Assembly: GCA_029820565.1 (NCBI GenBank)
Contig: JALGUR010000003.1
Coordinates: 67,304-131,303 of the forward strand
DNA length: 64,000 nt
Reading direction: 5' to 3'
Source of the DNA: Candidatus Zipacnadia bacterium
GTDB taxonomy: Bacteria; Armatimonadota; Zipacnadia; Zipacnadales; Zipacnadaceae
Made by a program: the position numbers and the translations under genes
Notes under the pieces: model-generated
Databases searched by the model: none
What the model was told of the DNA's origin: nothing
Seen by the model: the letters and a program-made list of their open reading frames with translations, nothing else
Shown here: piece by piece, positions 1-9,025 of the stretch
How positions within the stretch are numbered: the first letter of the stretch is position 1
Layout: each line of letters starts with the position of its first letter

Positions 1-125
1 CCCTAAAACGCCCGTGGAGGCCCCTATGCGGCCTGCCTTGACCCGGGGACGGGCGTTCTATTGGTAAAGTAACATAGGTGCGCTAAAGGGGGCTGCTGTT
101 CATCCGTGATAACGCGCGACAAGCA

Positions 126-295
126 GATAGCAAATGGATTGCGAAGCAGGACTTTCCGACTAATACAACAAACATTACAGCGCTATGGCGCACCTTGAGA
201 TAAGCGGCCAGGCGGCGGGGGGCTTGCCAGCGGGTCAATAGACTGTTATTATCAACATTGACAATTTTGCGCGCACTTACCCGCCGGCGGTCTTA
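126..295 (+). repeat. Paralogous ~165-bp upstream block, copy A
   Basis: Aligns by eye over ~165 bp (roughly 70% identity) with 1636..1797. Both lie directly upstream of small ORFs. Contains the ACCTTGAG...CAGG hairpin motif and a promoter-like element. Confidence 0.6.
224..252 (+). promoter_or_regulatory. Sigma70-like promoter (TTGCCA-17-TATTAT)
   Basis: TTGCCA at 224-229, 17-nt spacer, TATTAT at 247-252. The paralogous block at 1736-1764 has identical geometry. Confidence 0.5.
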
Positions 296-372
296 AGCGC
301 AGGCGGAGGGAGGAGCCGCGAAGGTCAGTGGAGTAGCACGCTTTGAATTCTACGCGGAAGGGGGGCAGTAGA

Positions 373-630
373 ATGAGCGAGATAGATGAAAAAGTACAGG
401 AGGCCCGGCGGATTATTCTGGAGTATATGCGCACAAAGTTTGGGTATACCCTGGAGGAGATGCTCCAAGACAAAGACCGCGTCACCGCGCAACGTATTGA
501 GCAGAGAACTGGCTTAGATGCAGCGGTCGTTCAGCAAGCATTAGACGGCCTCGTCGCTGAGGGCCTAATCTGCCAGAAGGAATGGCTCCCGCTGGGACAG
601 AAAATTTACTATGAGCCGCCCTGCGAGTAG
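373..630 (+). CDS. Small winged-helix-like DNA-binding protein (85 aa), family unknown
   Basis: ORF 343..630. ATG 373 follows the purine-rich GGAAGGGGGG. The segment TAQRIEQRTGLDAAVVQQALDGLVAEGLI resembles a wHTH recognition region. Confidence 0.5.
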   Translation: MSEIDEKVQEARRIILEYMRTKFGYTLEEMLQDKDRVTAQRIEQRTGLDAAVVQQALDGLVAEGLICQKEWLPLGQKIYYEPPCE

Positions 631-744
631 TAGCAATCACGTAGGGAAAGGAAACGGGCGCCGGACCTTGAGCTAACCGGCAAGTCGGGGGCGGAGGTTA
701 TCCAGCTAAAACAGGCCACTGACCTATGATAGGAGGCGAGAGTA

Positions 745-1104
745 ATGCGGGTGACTTACACTGTTGTGCTTATTCCGGAGGCGAAGGGCGGCTATGTGGT
801 AGAAGTGCCGGCCCTGCCCGGTTGTAGTACCTATGGCCAATCTCTCACCGAGGCTTTGATTAGGGCCGAAGACGCCATTGGGGGCTATTTGGCCGTATTG
901 CAGGAAGACGGCGATCCGGTGCCCCGTGAGGGGAAAGGCGTGACGGTAAGCCTGGGCGGCAAGCGGGAAGCAATATTGCGCAAGGTTAGCGTCGCCGTGC
1001 CGGCGGAGGCCCCTGGAGTAAGACTCATACCAGACCTTGAGATAAGCGGCCAGCCGCCCGTCGTACCGGTAGTCAGAGGCGGGGAGGTCCGGGCCACCGG
1101 CTGA
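745..1104 (+). CDS. HicB-like (UPF0150) antitoxin-fold protein, no HicA partner seen
   Basis: N-terminus YTVVLIPEAKGGYVVEVPALPGCSTYGQSLTEALIRAEDAI matches the HicB/UPF0150 pattern from memory. SD AGGAGG lies upstream. The C-terminal third overlaps repeat-motif copy 3. Confidence 0.6.
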   Translation: MRVTYTVVLIPEAKGGYVVEVPALPGCSTYGQSLTEALIRAEDAIGGYLAVLQEDGDPVPREGKGVTVSLGGKREAILRKVSVAVPAEAPGVRLIPDLEISGQPPVVPVVRGGEVRATG

Positions 1105-1215
1105 AGGCCTGGGCCCTGCGTCCCAAGGGCGGAGGTTGTTTGGGCCAACTGATAGATCAGCACAAGTGAATGCCGAGCCAAGTCAGCAGGTTGATGACCA
1201 AAGGAGGAAGCGAAG

Positions 1216-1629
1216 TTGAGAATTCCAAGCACGCCGCTTATGGGCGTTATTGTAATTAGTATGGCCTTAGTGGGGGGCTGTGGGCGGGGTGAGCGCGCAC
1301 CGACTGCGGAGGAGAAGGCGCCCCGGGGTCTGTTAGTGCCGGACATGGTGATGCTTGATGGTGGCAATCCTCGGTCGCCGCAGATTACCAATCAGTATCG
1401 CCAATTTGTGGTCGCCCTGGCCAAGCAAACAGCAACCAGCCAGAGCGAAGTGATAGATGAGGCGGCGCGGGTTAAGTATCTGCTTAGTGAGAAGCACGGC
1501 ATTGAAGTCTCGTATTGGAATGTTCTGCAGGGGGTGTGGACATCAATGCCATCCAGTGGTGGGTCCGGGCCATTTCGGGAATGGGCAGATAAGTGGATGG
1601 CAGCCGTTGTGGCCAGCCAGGGACAGTAG
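1216..1629 (+). CDS. Putative lipoprotein (137 aa)
   Basis: TTG start 7 nt after AAGGAGGA. Signal peptide with lipobox SMALVGGC. Confidence 0.5.
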   Translation: MRIPSTPLMGVIVISMALVGGCGRGERAPTAEEKAPRGLLVPDMVMLDGGNPRSPQITNQYRQFVVALAKQTATSQSEVIDEAARVKYLLSEKHGIEVSYWNVLQGVWTSMPSSGGSGPFREWADKWMAAVVASQGQ

Positions 1630-1635
1630 GTGGGG

Positions 1636-1797
1636 GATAGCAAGGGGATTGGCAGGCAGGATTCTGTGACTAACGCCGCAAACACTACAGCCGTATAGCA
1701 GACCTTGAGCTGAGCGTCAAGCAGGCGGCCGGGGCTTGGCATACGGGGAACAGACTGTTATTATTAACTTTGAGAGTTTTCTGCGGCTTGCCCGGCC
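1636..1797 (+). repeat. Paralogous ~165-bp upstream block, copy B
   Basis: Aligns with 126..295. Lies upstream of ORF 1852..2163. Confidence 0.6.
1736..1764 (+). promoter_or_regulatory. Sigma70-like promoter (TTGGCA-17-TATTAT)
   Basis: TTGGCA at 1736-1741, 17-nt spacer, TATTAT at 1759-1764. Paralogous to 224-252. Confidence 0.5.
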
Positions 1798-1851
1798 TTT
1801 GACCAGTGGGAAGGCCAAGACTATTTTGGCCGAACTAAGAGAGGAACACCG

Positions 1852-2163
1852 ATGAATACCGAGGCGACTGAGCAGGAGAAGAGCCAGGTTGAGGAGATTA
1901 TGGCGTGGGTGGCGGAGGCCCAGGCACTGGAGAAGGAGACCGCCCGCAAACTGCTGCACCGATACATCTGCGGCGGCCAGTGCGACTGGTATCAGACCAA
2001 GAGTGAGGCAGCCGGATTCCACAAGGGCGGCTTAACTGAGGCTGAGAAGGCAACTGTGCAAAGCGCGGTCAGTGAGGTCCTGCCTGGGGCCAGCGAGGAG
2101 GAGGTCTGGTATGTGGTCCACGGGGTATTGTGCCCGGGCCACCCGCGTACCAGACCCTCGTAG
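1852..2163 (+). CDS. Hypothetical protein (103 aa)
   Basis: ORF with GAGAGGAA SD-like sequence upstream. No recognisable family. Confidence 0.4.
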   Translation: MNTEATEQEKSQVEEIMAWVAEAQALEKETARKLLHRYICGGQCDWYQTKSEAAGFHKGGLTEAEKATVQSAVSEVLPGASEEEVWYVVHGVLCPGHPRTRPS

Positions 2164-2302
2164 TCGAGGTAAACCGGTAGCCTGTAAGTAGAGTGCGCCT
2201 GCCCAATATTGAGATGGCCGTCAAGGCGGCGGCAGATTAGCCGACTGAGCCGTTAGCAGTTCTGATAGCAAGTAGCAAGTAAATCAGAAGGGAGCAAAGT
2301 AG

Positions 2303-2644
2303 ATGCGCAATGGGACAACAGCGTTGTTGATAATAATAGCAGTGGTTAGTATGGCCTTGGTTGTGGGGTGCGGAAAATCTAAGAAACCACCAGTTTCCCC
2401 ACCACCACTGCCGGCTGATGTCGCTCACGGGTTTGGGCCAGGGCCGTCGGGTCCACCCGGCTCCTATGGTACACCGGCTCCGCAGCCGAGTGCTCAGCAA
2501 CCCAAACCCCCGGAGGAGGCCGTACCGGCAGGTCCTACTTATCGCGAGCGCTATGCCCAGGGGGAATTGACCCCTGAAGAACGCCGCGACGAACGGGCGC
2601 TGCAGGAAATTGAGAAGCAGTTAGGCTATCCAGTTGGCCCGTGA
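2303..2644 (+). CDS. Putative proline-rich lipoprotein (113 aa)
   Basis: SD AAGGGAG upstream. Lipobox SMALVVGC is paralogous to the signal peptide of ORF 1216. Confidence 0.5.
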   Translation: MRNGTTALLIIIAVVSMALVVGCGKSKKPPVSPPPLPADVAHGFGPGPSGPPGSYGTPAPQPSAQQPKPPEEAVPAGPTYRERYAQGELTPEERRDERALQEIEKQLGYPVGP

Positions 2645-2779
2645 AGCCCGAGGCAATATGCTTATGGCTGGGGGTAGGCTAACCGTCAAAGGGGCGGGGT
2701 AACACCGATGAAGTGAGAAGCAAACGGAAAGGTCTGGTCAAGCCGACCAGGTTCAGAATCCTATTGAGAGGGAGACAAT

Positions 2780-3013
2780 ATGGAGGAAACAGGTGATAGC
2801 AAAGAAGAACAGTGGGCCAGAAGGCAACAGCAATTAGTTTGTCCGCTGCTATCGCTGCGGCCCCAGACGCTTGACGATTCGGTTCGGCGATTGGTAAAGG
2901 CCGCCGATCCTAACGCCTGTCTGGGTGGGAGGTGTGCCTGGTGGGACGAGGAGGCGGGCACCTGTGCTGTACTGACGTTGGCCCGGATCGTTAGAGCACA
3001 GAGTGCGAAATAG
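2780..3013 (+). CDS. Small Cys-motif protein (77 aa), hypothetical
   Basis: SD GGGAG lies 5 nt before the ATG. The motif CLGGRCAWWDEEAGTCAV resembles small Cys-motif proteins I recall from prophage regions; this is weak evidence. Confidence 0.35.
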   Translation: MEETGDSKEEQWARRQQQLVCPLLSLRPQTLDDSVRRLVKAADPNACLGGRCAWWDEEAGTCAVLTLARIVRAQSAK

Positions 3014-3210
3014 CTGGTGGGCCCGGCATTGGCACCGACCTCCCGGCGGCCGGTAGGACGGGCGGGACGCTCGCCGTACCGATACTGATGGGCGTAAAGG
3101 CTGCTGTTTTTCAGAAAAGAGCTTTTGGCGCAGTCGCGGGCAGGAGAATTGGTTAGTTGGGGCGAACTTATGTCCAGGTTCTGGCTTGTTACCACTTCAT
3201 TTGGGGAGCG

Positions 3211-4116
3211 ATGACTATGCGAACACATAAGGCGGTACTACTTGTGGCGGTGGTGGGGTTGGTGTTAGGGGCGTGCCGACCAGAAAGTCAGAAGCCAGCG
3301 AAACCGGCGCAGCCATCTGCGCAGATAAGCAATCAACAGCAACAGTTGATGGAGGAGATTCTGGGTTATCTGAAACAGAGCGGCAGTACTCTGGAGACTT
3401 TAGCGCGGGAAGTCCAGCGCCGTGAGACCTTGGAGCGAGTGCCCAGCGGGATAGAAAGATTGGGCACCGACGTGCGAGTAGCCAAGGCATTGGTGAGTGC
3501 GGCGCGCCGGGCAGCAACTGCCAAGTCCACCGAGAAAACCGCAGGGACTCTGGGTCGGTTGGGGCCGGTATTGGTGGGTCTGCGCAGTCAGATACCGGCC
3601 GCGCTAATCACTCAGCACCTGGAGCGAGCCCTGGTGGCCATTAGCACCTCTTCGGCGGAGGAAGCGGTTAATTTGGCTTCGGCTTACCTGCTGGGGGCAG
3701 TGGATGTGGCAATGAAAGCGCCGGCGCGACTGGTCCCTGACGTGATGAAGGATATCGAGAAAGCCAAGGCCCGTGTGGATGGCAACAACCTGACCAAGGG
3801 GGCCAACCAGATACTGACGATATTGGAGCGGCTGTCGGAGCACGAGAGCATCAGTCTGGTAGAGAAGGCTATCGGCGAGGGCCGTAGCGCCCAGGAGGCC
3901 GTAGCGCGGGAAGCCTGGCCGGTAGTTGCCGCCGAACTTGACCAACTTGACCGCCTACTGGCTGAACTTCAGGAGAAGATAGAAGGCGAAGTAACTGCAG
4001 TGGAGGCCGAAGAAGTGCCCGAGGCTGAGGAGGAAGAAATTACTCCCGAGCGAGTGGTACCGGAGGCCGAGGGGGCGATGGCCCCAATACCCGAGGCGGC
4101 TGCTCCTGCTGACTGA
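3211..4116 (+). CDS. Putative coiled-coil lipoprotein with acidic C-terminus
   Basis: ORF 3157..4116. Likely start is ATG 3211 or 3217 after GGGGAG. Lipobox LVLGAC. E/A-rich tail. Confidence 0.55.
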   Translation: MTMRTHKAVLLVAVVGLVLGACRPESQKPAKPAQPSAQISNQQQQLMEEILGYLKQSGSTLETLAREVQRRETLERVPSGIERLGTDVRVAKALVSAARRAATAKSTEKTAGTLGRLGPVLVGLRSQIPAALITQHLERALVAISTSSAEEAVNLASAYLLGAVDVAMKAPARLVPDVMKDIEKAKARVDGNNLTKGANQILTILERLSEHESISLVEKAIGEGRSAQEAVAREAWPVVAAELDQLDRLLAELQEKIEGEVTAVEAEEVPEAEEEEITPERVVPEAEGAMAPIPEAAAPAD

Positions 4117-4222
4117 TAAATATGGTCAACACACACAGTTGTCGGGGTAGTGGTCGGCACAAGGGCAATTGCAGTCTGCGGGCAAAGAGAAATAGCCTGA
4201 CGCCAGCCCGGTAGAATATATT

Positions 4223-4273
4223 GGGGCACCCTTCGGCAGGCTCAGGACAGAGAGGATGCCCCTCCCACAATAG
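4223..4273. repeat. REP-like element, family GGCACCCTTCGGCAGGCTCAGGACAG...GATGCCCCTCCCAC
   Basis: Near-identical cores at 32283..32332, 44799..44843 (opposite orientation) and 59703..59800. Confidence 0.6.
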
Positions 4274-4415
4274 TTGGTGAATCTGGTGCTGTAGGAGCGG
4301 CATCTCTGCCGCGAGGGACTTCGCTGGACGGATGCCTCTCTGACGATAGATTTTCGCAACAGGCTTAGCAGTCAAACCAACGAATTGCAGCAGTAGATAA
4401 GGAGTTCACCGATAG

Positions 4416-7400
4416 ATGCCAGCGCCGTTTGTCCATCTGCACGTCCACTCCGAATATAGTCTGTTAGACGGCGCTTGCCGTCTATCGCAGTTGGTAGAGC
4501 AGGTAGCCGGGTTGGATATGCCGGCGGTGGCCCTGACCGACCACGGGGTGATGTATGGGGCCATTGATTTCTACAAGCACTGCCGAGCCGCTGGGGTAAA
4601 GCCGATTATCGGCTGCGAGGTATATCTGGCCACGCGCACTCGTTTTGACCGCTCCACCGCTGAAGACCGGAATGCTTACCATCTGGTGCTGCTGGCTGAA
4701 AACCTCCAGGGGTATAAGAACCTGATGAAACTGGTCAGTGCCGCGCACCTGGAGGGCTTCTACTATCATCCCCGAGTGGACTTTGAACTCCTGGGCAACC
4801 ATAGCGAGGGTCTCATCGCCCTCAGCGGATGTCAGCAGGGCTTGATTGCCACTGATATACTCCAGGATAGATTGGCCGCGGCTCGCCAGCACTGTGAGTT
4901 GTTCAAGGAATTGTTCGGGCCGGACAATTTCTACCTGGAGTTGATGAACCACGGCCTGGCGGAGCAGCAGCGGGTAATTGCGGCCAAGTTGCGGCTGGCT
5001 GATGAACTTGACTTGCCCGTGGTGGCCACCAATGATGTCCACTACCTCAACCAGCAGGATGCTGAGGCCCACGATGTGCTGCTGTGCATCCAGACCCAGT
5101 CCACCTGCCAGCAGGCCAACCGATTGCGCTTCCCCGGCGACCAGTTCTATCTGAAGTCAGCGGGCCAGATGAACGAGGTGTTCGGCGAGATACCGGAGGC
5201 GCTGAGCAACACGCTGGAAATCGCTGACCGCTGCAATGTAGAGTTGGAGTTAGGCAATTTGATGCTACCCCATTTTGCCGTGCCCACGGGACACGACCTG
5301 AACAGTTATCTGCGGGAGTTGTGTGAGCAGAATATTGAGGTGCGCTATGGCTCACCGCGCCCCGAGGTAATTCAGCGACTGGATTATGAACTGGATGTCA
5401 TTGCCCAAACTAACTACGCAGGTTACTTTTTGATAGTGGCTGACTTCATACGAGAGGCCAAGGAGCGTGGTATCCTGGTCGGCCCAGGGCGTGGCTCAGC
5501 CACCGGTAGTATTGTGGCGTATCTGCTGGACATCAGCGAGATTGACCCGCTACGGTACGGGCTGATATTTGAGCGGATGCTCAACCCGGAGCGGGCCAGC
5601 CCGCCGGATATTGACTTGGACTTCCCCGATGACCGCCGGGAAGAGATCATTGAATATGTAAAGGAGAAGTATGGGCGGGAGCGGGTCGCACAGGTAGTTA
5701 CCTTCAATACGCTGGGGGCACGGGCGGCCATCCGTGATGTAGGCCGGGCTATGGAAGTTCCCTTGAAGAAAGTGGATACGCTGGCCAAGTTAGTGCCCTT
5801 TGGCCGGTCGCTTGACAATGCATTAAAGTTGGTTGCTGAGTTGGCTGAGGCGGTCCAGGAAGATGAGGAAACGGCCCGACTGCTGAGCACTGCCCAGAAT
5901 CTGGAGGGCCTGGCGCGACACGCCTCGGTGCACGCCGCCGCTGTGGTTATTGCTGATGCTCCGCTAACTGAGTATGTTCCCCTGCGCGGCGAGAAAGATG
6001 GCACGGTCACCACCCAGTACGCCATGGGGCCGATAGAGGACGTGGGACTGGTGAAGATGGATTTCTTGGGCCTTAAAACCCTTACCGTTATTCAGCGGAC
6101 TGTGGAGGCGGTGGCTGACAATCACGGGGTAGAAATTGACCTGCTCAACCTGCCCCGGGATGACCCCAAGACATACCAACTGCTGTGCGCAGGGGATACG
6201 GTGGCGGTATTTCAGTTGGAAAGTGAGGGGATGCGCAGCCTGCTGCGGCAGTTGCAACCGGAGCGGTTTGAGCACATAATCGCGGCCGTGGCCCTATATC
6301 GCCCCGGGCCGATGCAACATATTGACACCTACTGTGCCCGGCGTCACGGGGAGCCGGTGAAGTATCCGCACCCGGACCTGGAGCCAATTCTGGCCGAGAC
6401 CTATGGCATAATTACCTATCAAGAGCAAGTGATGGAGATTGCCTCGATCCTGGCCGAGTTCAGTATGCCTCAGGCGGAAGTGATTATGCGGGCTATGGGC
6501 AAGAAGGACCACGAGAAGATGGAGCAGATGAAGCCGCTATTTATGCAGGGGTGTGTTGATAACGACGTATCCCAAGGGACGGCCCGCGAAATCTACGCGC
6601 GGATGGAGAGTTTCGCCTCGTATGGCTTTAATAAATCTCACGCCGCGGCCTATGCCCTGGTGGCCTACTGGACGGCGTATCTGAAGGCCAACTATCCGGC
6701 GGAGTTTATGGCCGCCCATCTGTCCACGGTGATGGATAGCAGTGAGGATGTGGCTAAGGCGGTGACCGAATGTCGGCGGTTAGGGCTACAGGTGCGGCCG
6801 CCTTCGGTCAATCGCAGTCAAGCGCATTTCGCCGTAGAGGGCACTGAGATTCTATTTGGCTTGGCGGCTATCAAGAATTTGGGTACGCCTACCGCGGCGG
6901 CGATCGTGGGCGAGCGTGACAGTGACGGCCCCTACCTGGGCTTGGCTGATTTTTCTCGTCGGCTGCCCGCTGAGAAAGTATCTGTTGCTTCGGTCAAAGT
7001 GCTCATCCAGGTGGGAGCCTTTGACGAGTTTGGCCAGCGCAATAGTCTGCTGGCCGCGGCGGATAGTGTGTATGCGGCGGGCCAGAAATACCAGCAAGAC
7101 CAGGCCGTAGGGCAAAGTTCATTGTTCGGAGGCAGTCAGCCGGCCGCTGACCAGTGGCCCGAGCCGCCGCTGCCGGACGTGCCGGCTATGACCGAGGAGC
7201 AAGTACTGGGACTGGAGAAGGAACTGCTGGGCCTGTATCTGTCCAGCCACCCGCTGGTCAAGAACCAAGAGCGGGTAGAGCAGTGTACTACGGCGTCAAT
7301 TGAGGAGTTGACTGAATTCGCCGATGGCAGCCGAGTGGTGGTAGGCGGCGTCATCGCCGAAACCAAGCGCCACATTGACAAAAACGGCGACTTGATGATG

Positions 7401-8003
7401 TTCCTGACGCTGGAAGGGTTGGCCGAGCAGGTGGAAGTAACGGTGTTGGCCTCGGCCTACGAGACCTGCCAGGAGAATCTGGAAGAGGGTAACCTCGTGG
7501 TAATGGCGGCCCGCGTGGACCGGCAACTGTCCCGCTCGGGCAACGATGACGAGGTGAAACTCTTGGCTGACGACGTTGTACCGCTGGATGAAGCCCAACT
7601 GGTCTCGCCGCGGCAGAGAAAGCAAGCTGAGCAGGGTCGGCACGAGGAGGCGCGGGGATCCGCCGAACAAGCACCCCCACCTGCGGCCCCCCTCTCTATC
7701 CCCCCGCAAGCGGGGGGAGATAGGGGGGAAAGTCGGCGCACCGGCCCGGCGCCGGCCCCGCGCACGGTTATCATTGAATTGGACGGGCCCCAGACTGATG
7801 ACCACACGCTTGCTTCTCTGAAGGAGGTTATGCGTCGCTACCAGGGTCCACAGCCGGTAGTGCTGCGGTTTACCGGTAATGGCCAGCAGCGGCGGGTAGA
7901 CTTGGGCGAGAACTACACCGTCAACTGCAGCGAGGAATTCCCCATCCAGGTCCGCCGCCTGCCCGGAGTCCTTACGCTGTGGGAGGAAGAGACGGCGAAG
8001 TAA
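4416..8003 (+). CDS. dnaE: DNA polymerase III alpha subunit
   Basis: 1195 aa. PHP N-terminus (FVHLHVHSEYSLLDG), pol III alpha core motifs and an OB-fold region. AAGGAG SD upstream. Confidence 0.97.
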   Translation: MPAPFVHLHVHSEYSLLDGACRLSQLVEQVAGLDMPAVALTDHGVMYGAIDFYKHCRAAGVKPIIGCEVYLATRTRFDRSTAEDRNAYHLVLLAENLQGYKNLMKLVSAAHLEGFYYHPRVDFELLGNHSEGLIALSGCQQGLIATDILQDRLAAARQHCELFKELFGPDNFYLELMNHGLAEQQRVIAAKLRLADELDLPVVATNDVHYLNQQDAEAHDVLLCIQTQSTCQQANRLRFPGDQFYLKSAGQMNEVFGEIPEALSNTLEIADRCNVELELGNLMLPHFAVPTGHDLNSYLRELCEQNIEVRYGSPRPEVIQRLDYELDVIAQTNYAGYFLIVADFIREAKERGILVGPGRGSATGSIVAYLLDISEIDPLRYGLIFERMLNPERASPPDIDLDFPDDRREEIIEYVKEKYGRERVAQVVTFNTLGARAAIRDVGRAMEVPLKKVDTLAKLVPFGRSLDNALKLVAELAEAVQEDEETARLLSTAQNLEGLARHASVHAAAVVIADAPLTEYVPLRGEKDGTVTTQYAMGPIEDVGLVKMDFLGLKTLTVIQRTVEAVADNHGVEIDLLNLPRDDPKTYQLLCAGDTVAVFQLESEGMRSLLRQLQPERFEHIIAAVALYRPGPMQHIDTYCARRHGEPVKYPHPDLEPILAETYGIITYQEQVMEIASILAEFSMPQAEVIMRAMGKKDHEKMEQMKPLFMQGCVDNDVSQGTAREIYARMESFASYGFNKSHAAAYALVAYWTAYLKANYPAEFMAAHLSTVMDSSEDVAKAVTECRRLGLQVRPPSVNRSQAHFAVEGTEILFGLAAIKNLGTPTAAAIVGERDSDGPYLGLADFSRRLPAEKVSVASVKVLIQVGAFDEFGQRNSLLAAADSVYAAGQKYQQDQAVGQSSLFGGSQPAADQWPEPPLPDVPAMTEEQVLGLEKELLGLYLSSHPLVKNQERVEQCTTASIEELTEFADGSRVVVGGVIAETKRHIDKNGDLMMFLTLEGLAEQVEVTVLASAYETCQENLEEGNLVVMAARVDRQLSRSGNDDEVKLLADDVVPLDEAQLVSPRQRKQAEQGRHEEARGSAEQAPPPAAPLSIPPQAGGDRGESRRTGPAPAPRTVIIELDGPQTDDHTLASLKEVMRRYQGPQPVVLRFTGNGQQRRVDLGENYTVNCSEEFPIQVRRLPGVLTLWEEETAK
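7687..7728. repeat. Imperfect GC-rich palindrome inside the dnaE C-terminal linker
   Basis: CCCCCCTCTCTATCCCCCCG-caag-CGGGGGGAGATAGGGGGG. It encodes APLSIPPQAGGDRGES in frame. Confidence 0.55.
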
Positions 8004-8039
8004 TCAACAACCCAACGCTGAGAGAGGGAGCCGCTCACT

Positions 8040-8969
8040 ATGACGGAAGCCGACTTCGGCAGCAACCATATTAGCGTTGTAGAATCGCCGTGGGAAGCGA
8101 GATTCGTCTCGTTGGTGCGGTCCGTTGAAGAACAACTGATGATAGCTTCGCCATTTATCGCGCGCGGCGCCGTGGAGATTCTAACAAATGAATTGGGGAA
8201 GATGACTATCTCCAGGGATTTTCAACTAGTCCTTCTAGCCAATTTCAGCATCCCCAATTTAGCTAATGGCTCAGTTGACGCCGCCTCAATAGCTGACCTC
8301 ATGGCGTCAATACCGCATGTTCGTGTGCATCATCTACCGGGCCTGCATGCGAAAGCATACATAGCAGACCACCACACGGCGGTGGTCACGTCGGCGAATC
8401 TCACGATGGGTGGTTTGCGGAATAACGTCGAATACGGAGTCAAGATCAAACTTCAGCCTATCGTGCGCGCAATCAAGCAACACATGGAAAAATACGCAGA
8501 ACTGGGCGCCATATTGCCATTCGAGGAAGTGCGACGCTTCGGTTGTGCAGCCGCGGAACTCCGAGATTTGCGCAGGGAAGTAGAAGAATCTGGACGAAAG
8601 AGATTGCGGGAAGAACTGCAGCACCGGCTCGATGCAGCGAATCTACAGCTACTCCGGCGACGTGCTCACGAAGAGACTACGAATAGCATATTTGCGCCGA
8701 CCGTACTCTACATATTGCACGAAGGCCCTATGAAGACCGTGGATATAAATCGTAGAGTCCAGAGTATTCACCCTGATTTGTGTGACGATGCAATAGACAG
8801 AGTAATTGACGGCGTGCACTTTGGGAAAAAATGGAAGCACTACGTACGTAATGCCCAGCAGTATCTGAAACGCAACGGGCTTATTCGACGTGAAGGCAGG
8901 CATTGGATGTTGACGACTTTAGGCACACAAGAATTTGGTCTCATTATCTCTCGGGGAGAAAGTGTTTAA
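8040..8969 (+). CDS. PLD-family (single HKD) nuclease-like protein with C-terminal Mrr_N-like winged helix
   Basis: HKD motif HAKAYIADHHTAVVTSANLT (nt 8346-8405). Coiled-coil linker. The C-terminal segment (ILHEGPMKTVDINRRV...YLKRNGLIRREGRHWMLTTLG) resembles an Mrr N-terminal wHTH. GC is visibly lower than the flanks. Confidence 0.75.
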   Translation: MTEADFGSNHISVVESPWEARFVSLVRSVEEQLMIASPFIARGAVEILTNELGKMTISRDFQLVLLANFSIPNLANGSVDAASIADLMASIPHVRVHHLPGLHAKAYIADHHTAVVTSANLTMGGLRNNVEYGVKIKLQPIVRAIKQHMEKYAELGAILPFEEVRRFGCAAAELRDLRREVEESGRKRLREELQHRLDAANLQLLRRRAHEETTNSIFAPTVLYILHEGPMKTVDINRRVQSIHPDLCDDAIDRVIDGVHFGKKWKHYVRNAQQYLKRNGLIRREGRHWMLTTLGTQEFGLIISRGESV

Positions 8970-9025
8970 TTGGACATCGATTAGAAGATGCAAAAGGTCA
9001 GGTCAGACTGCTGGGAGGATCGCAA

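Noticed and set aside
631-744. Searched for a HicA toxin partner next to the HicB-like gene.
   Set aside because: No ORF of suitable size or pattern exists on either side. It is reported as an orphan HicB-like gene.
4482-7807. Many long antisense or alternative-frame ORFs inside dnaE (for example 4482..5072, 5423..6025, 7296..7805, 7457..7807).
   Set aside because: These are typical high-GC shadow ORFs with low-complexity Arg/Pro/Ser/Ala-rich translations. They lie entirely within a strongly supported CDS.
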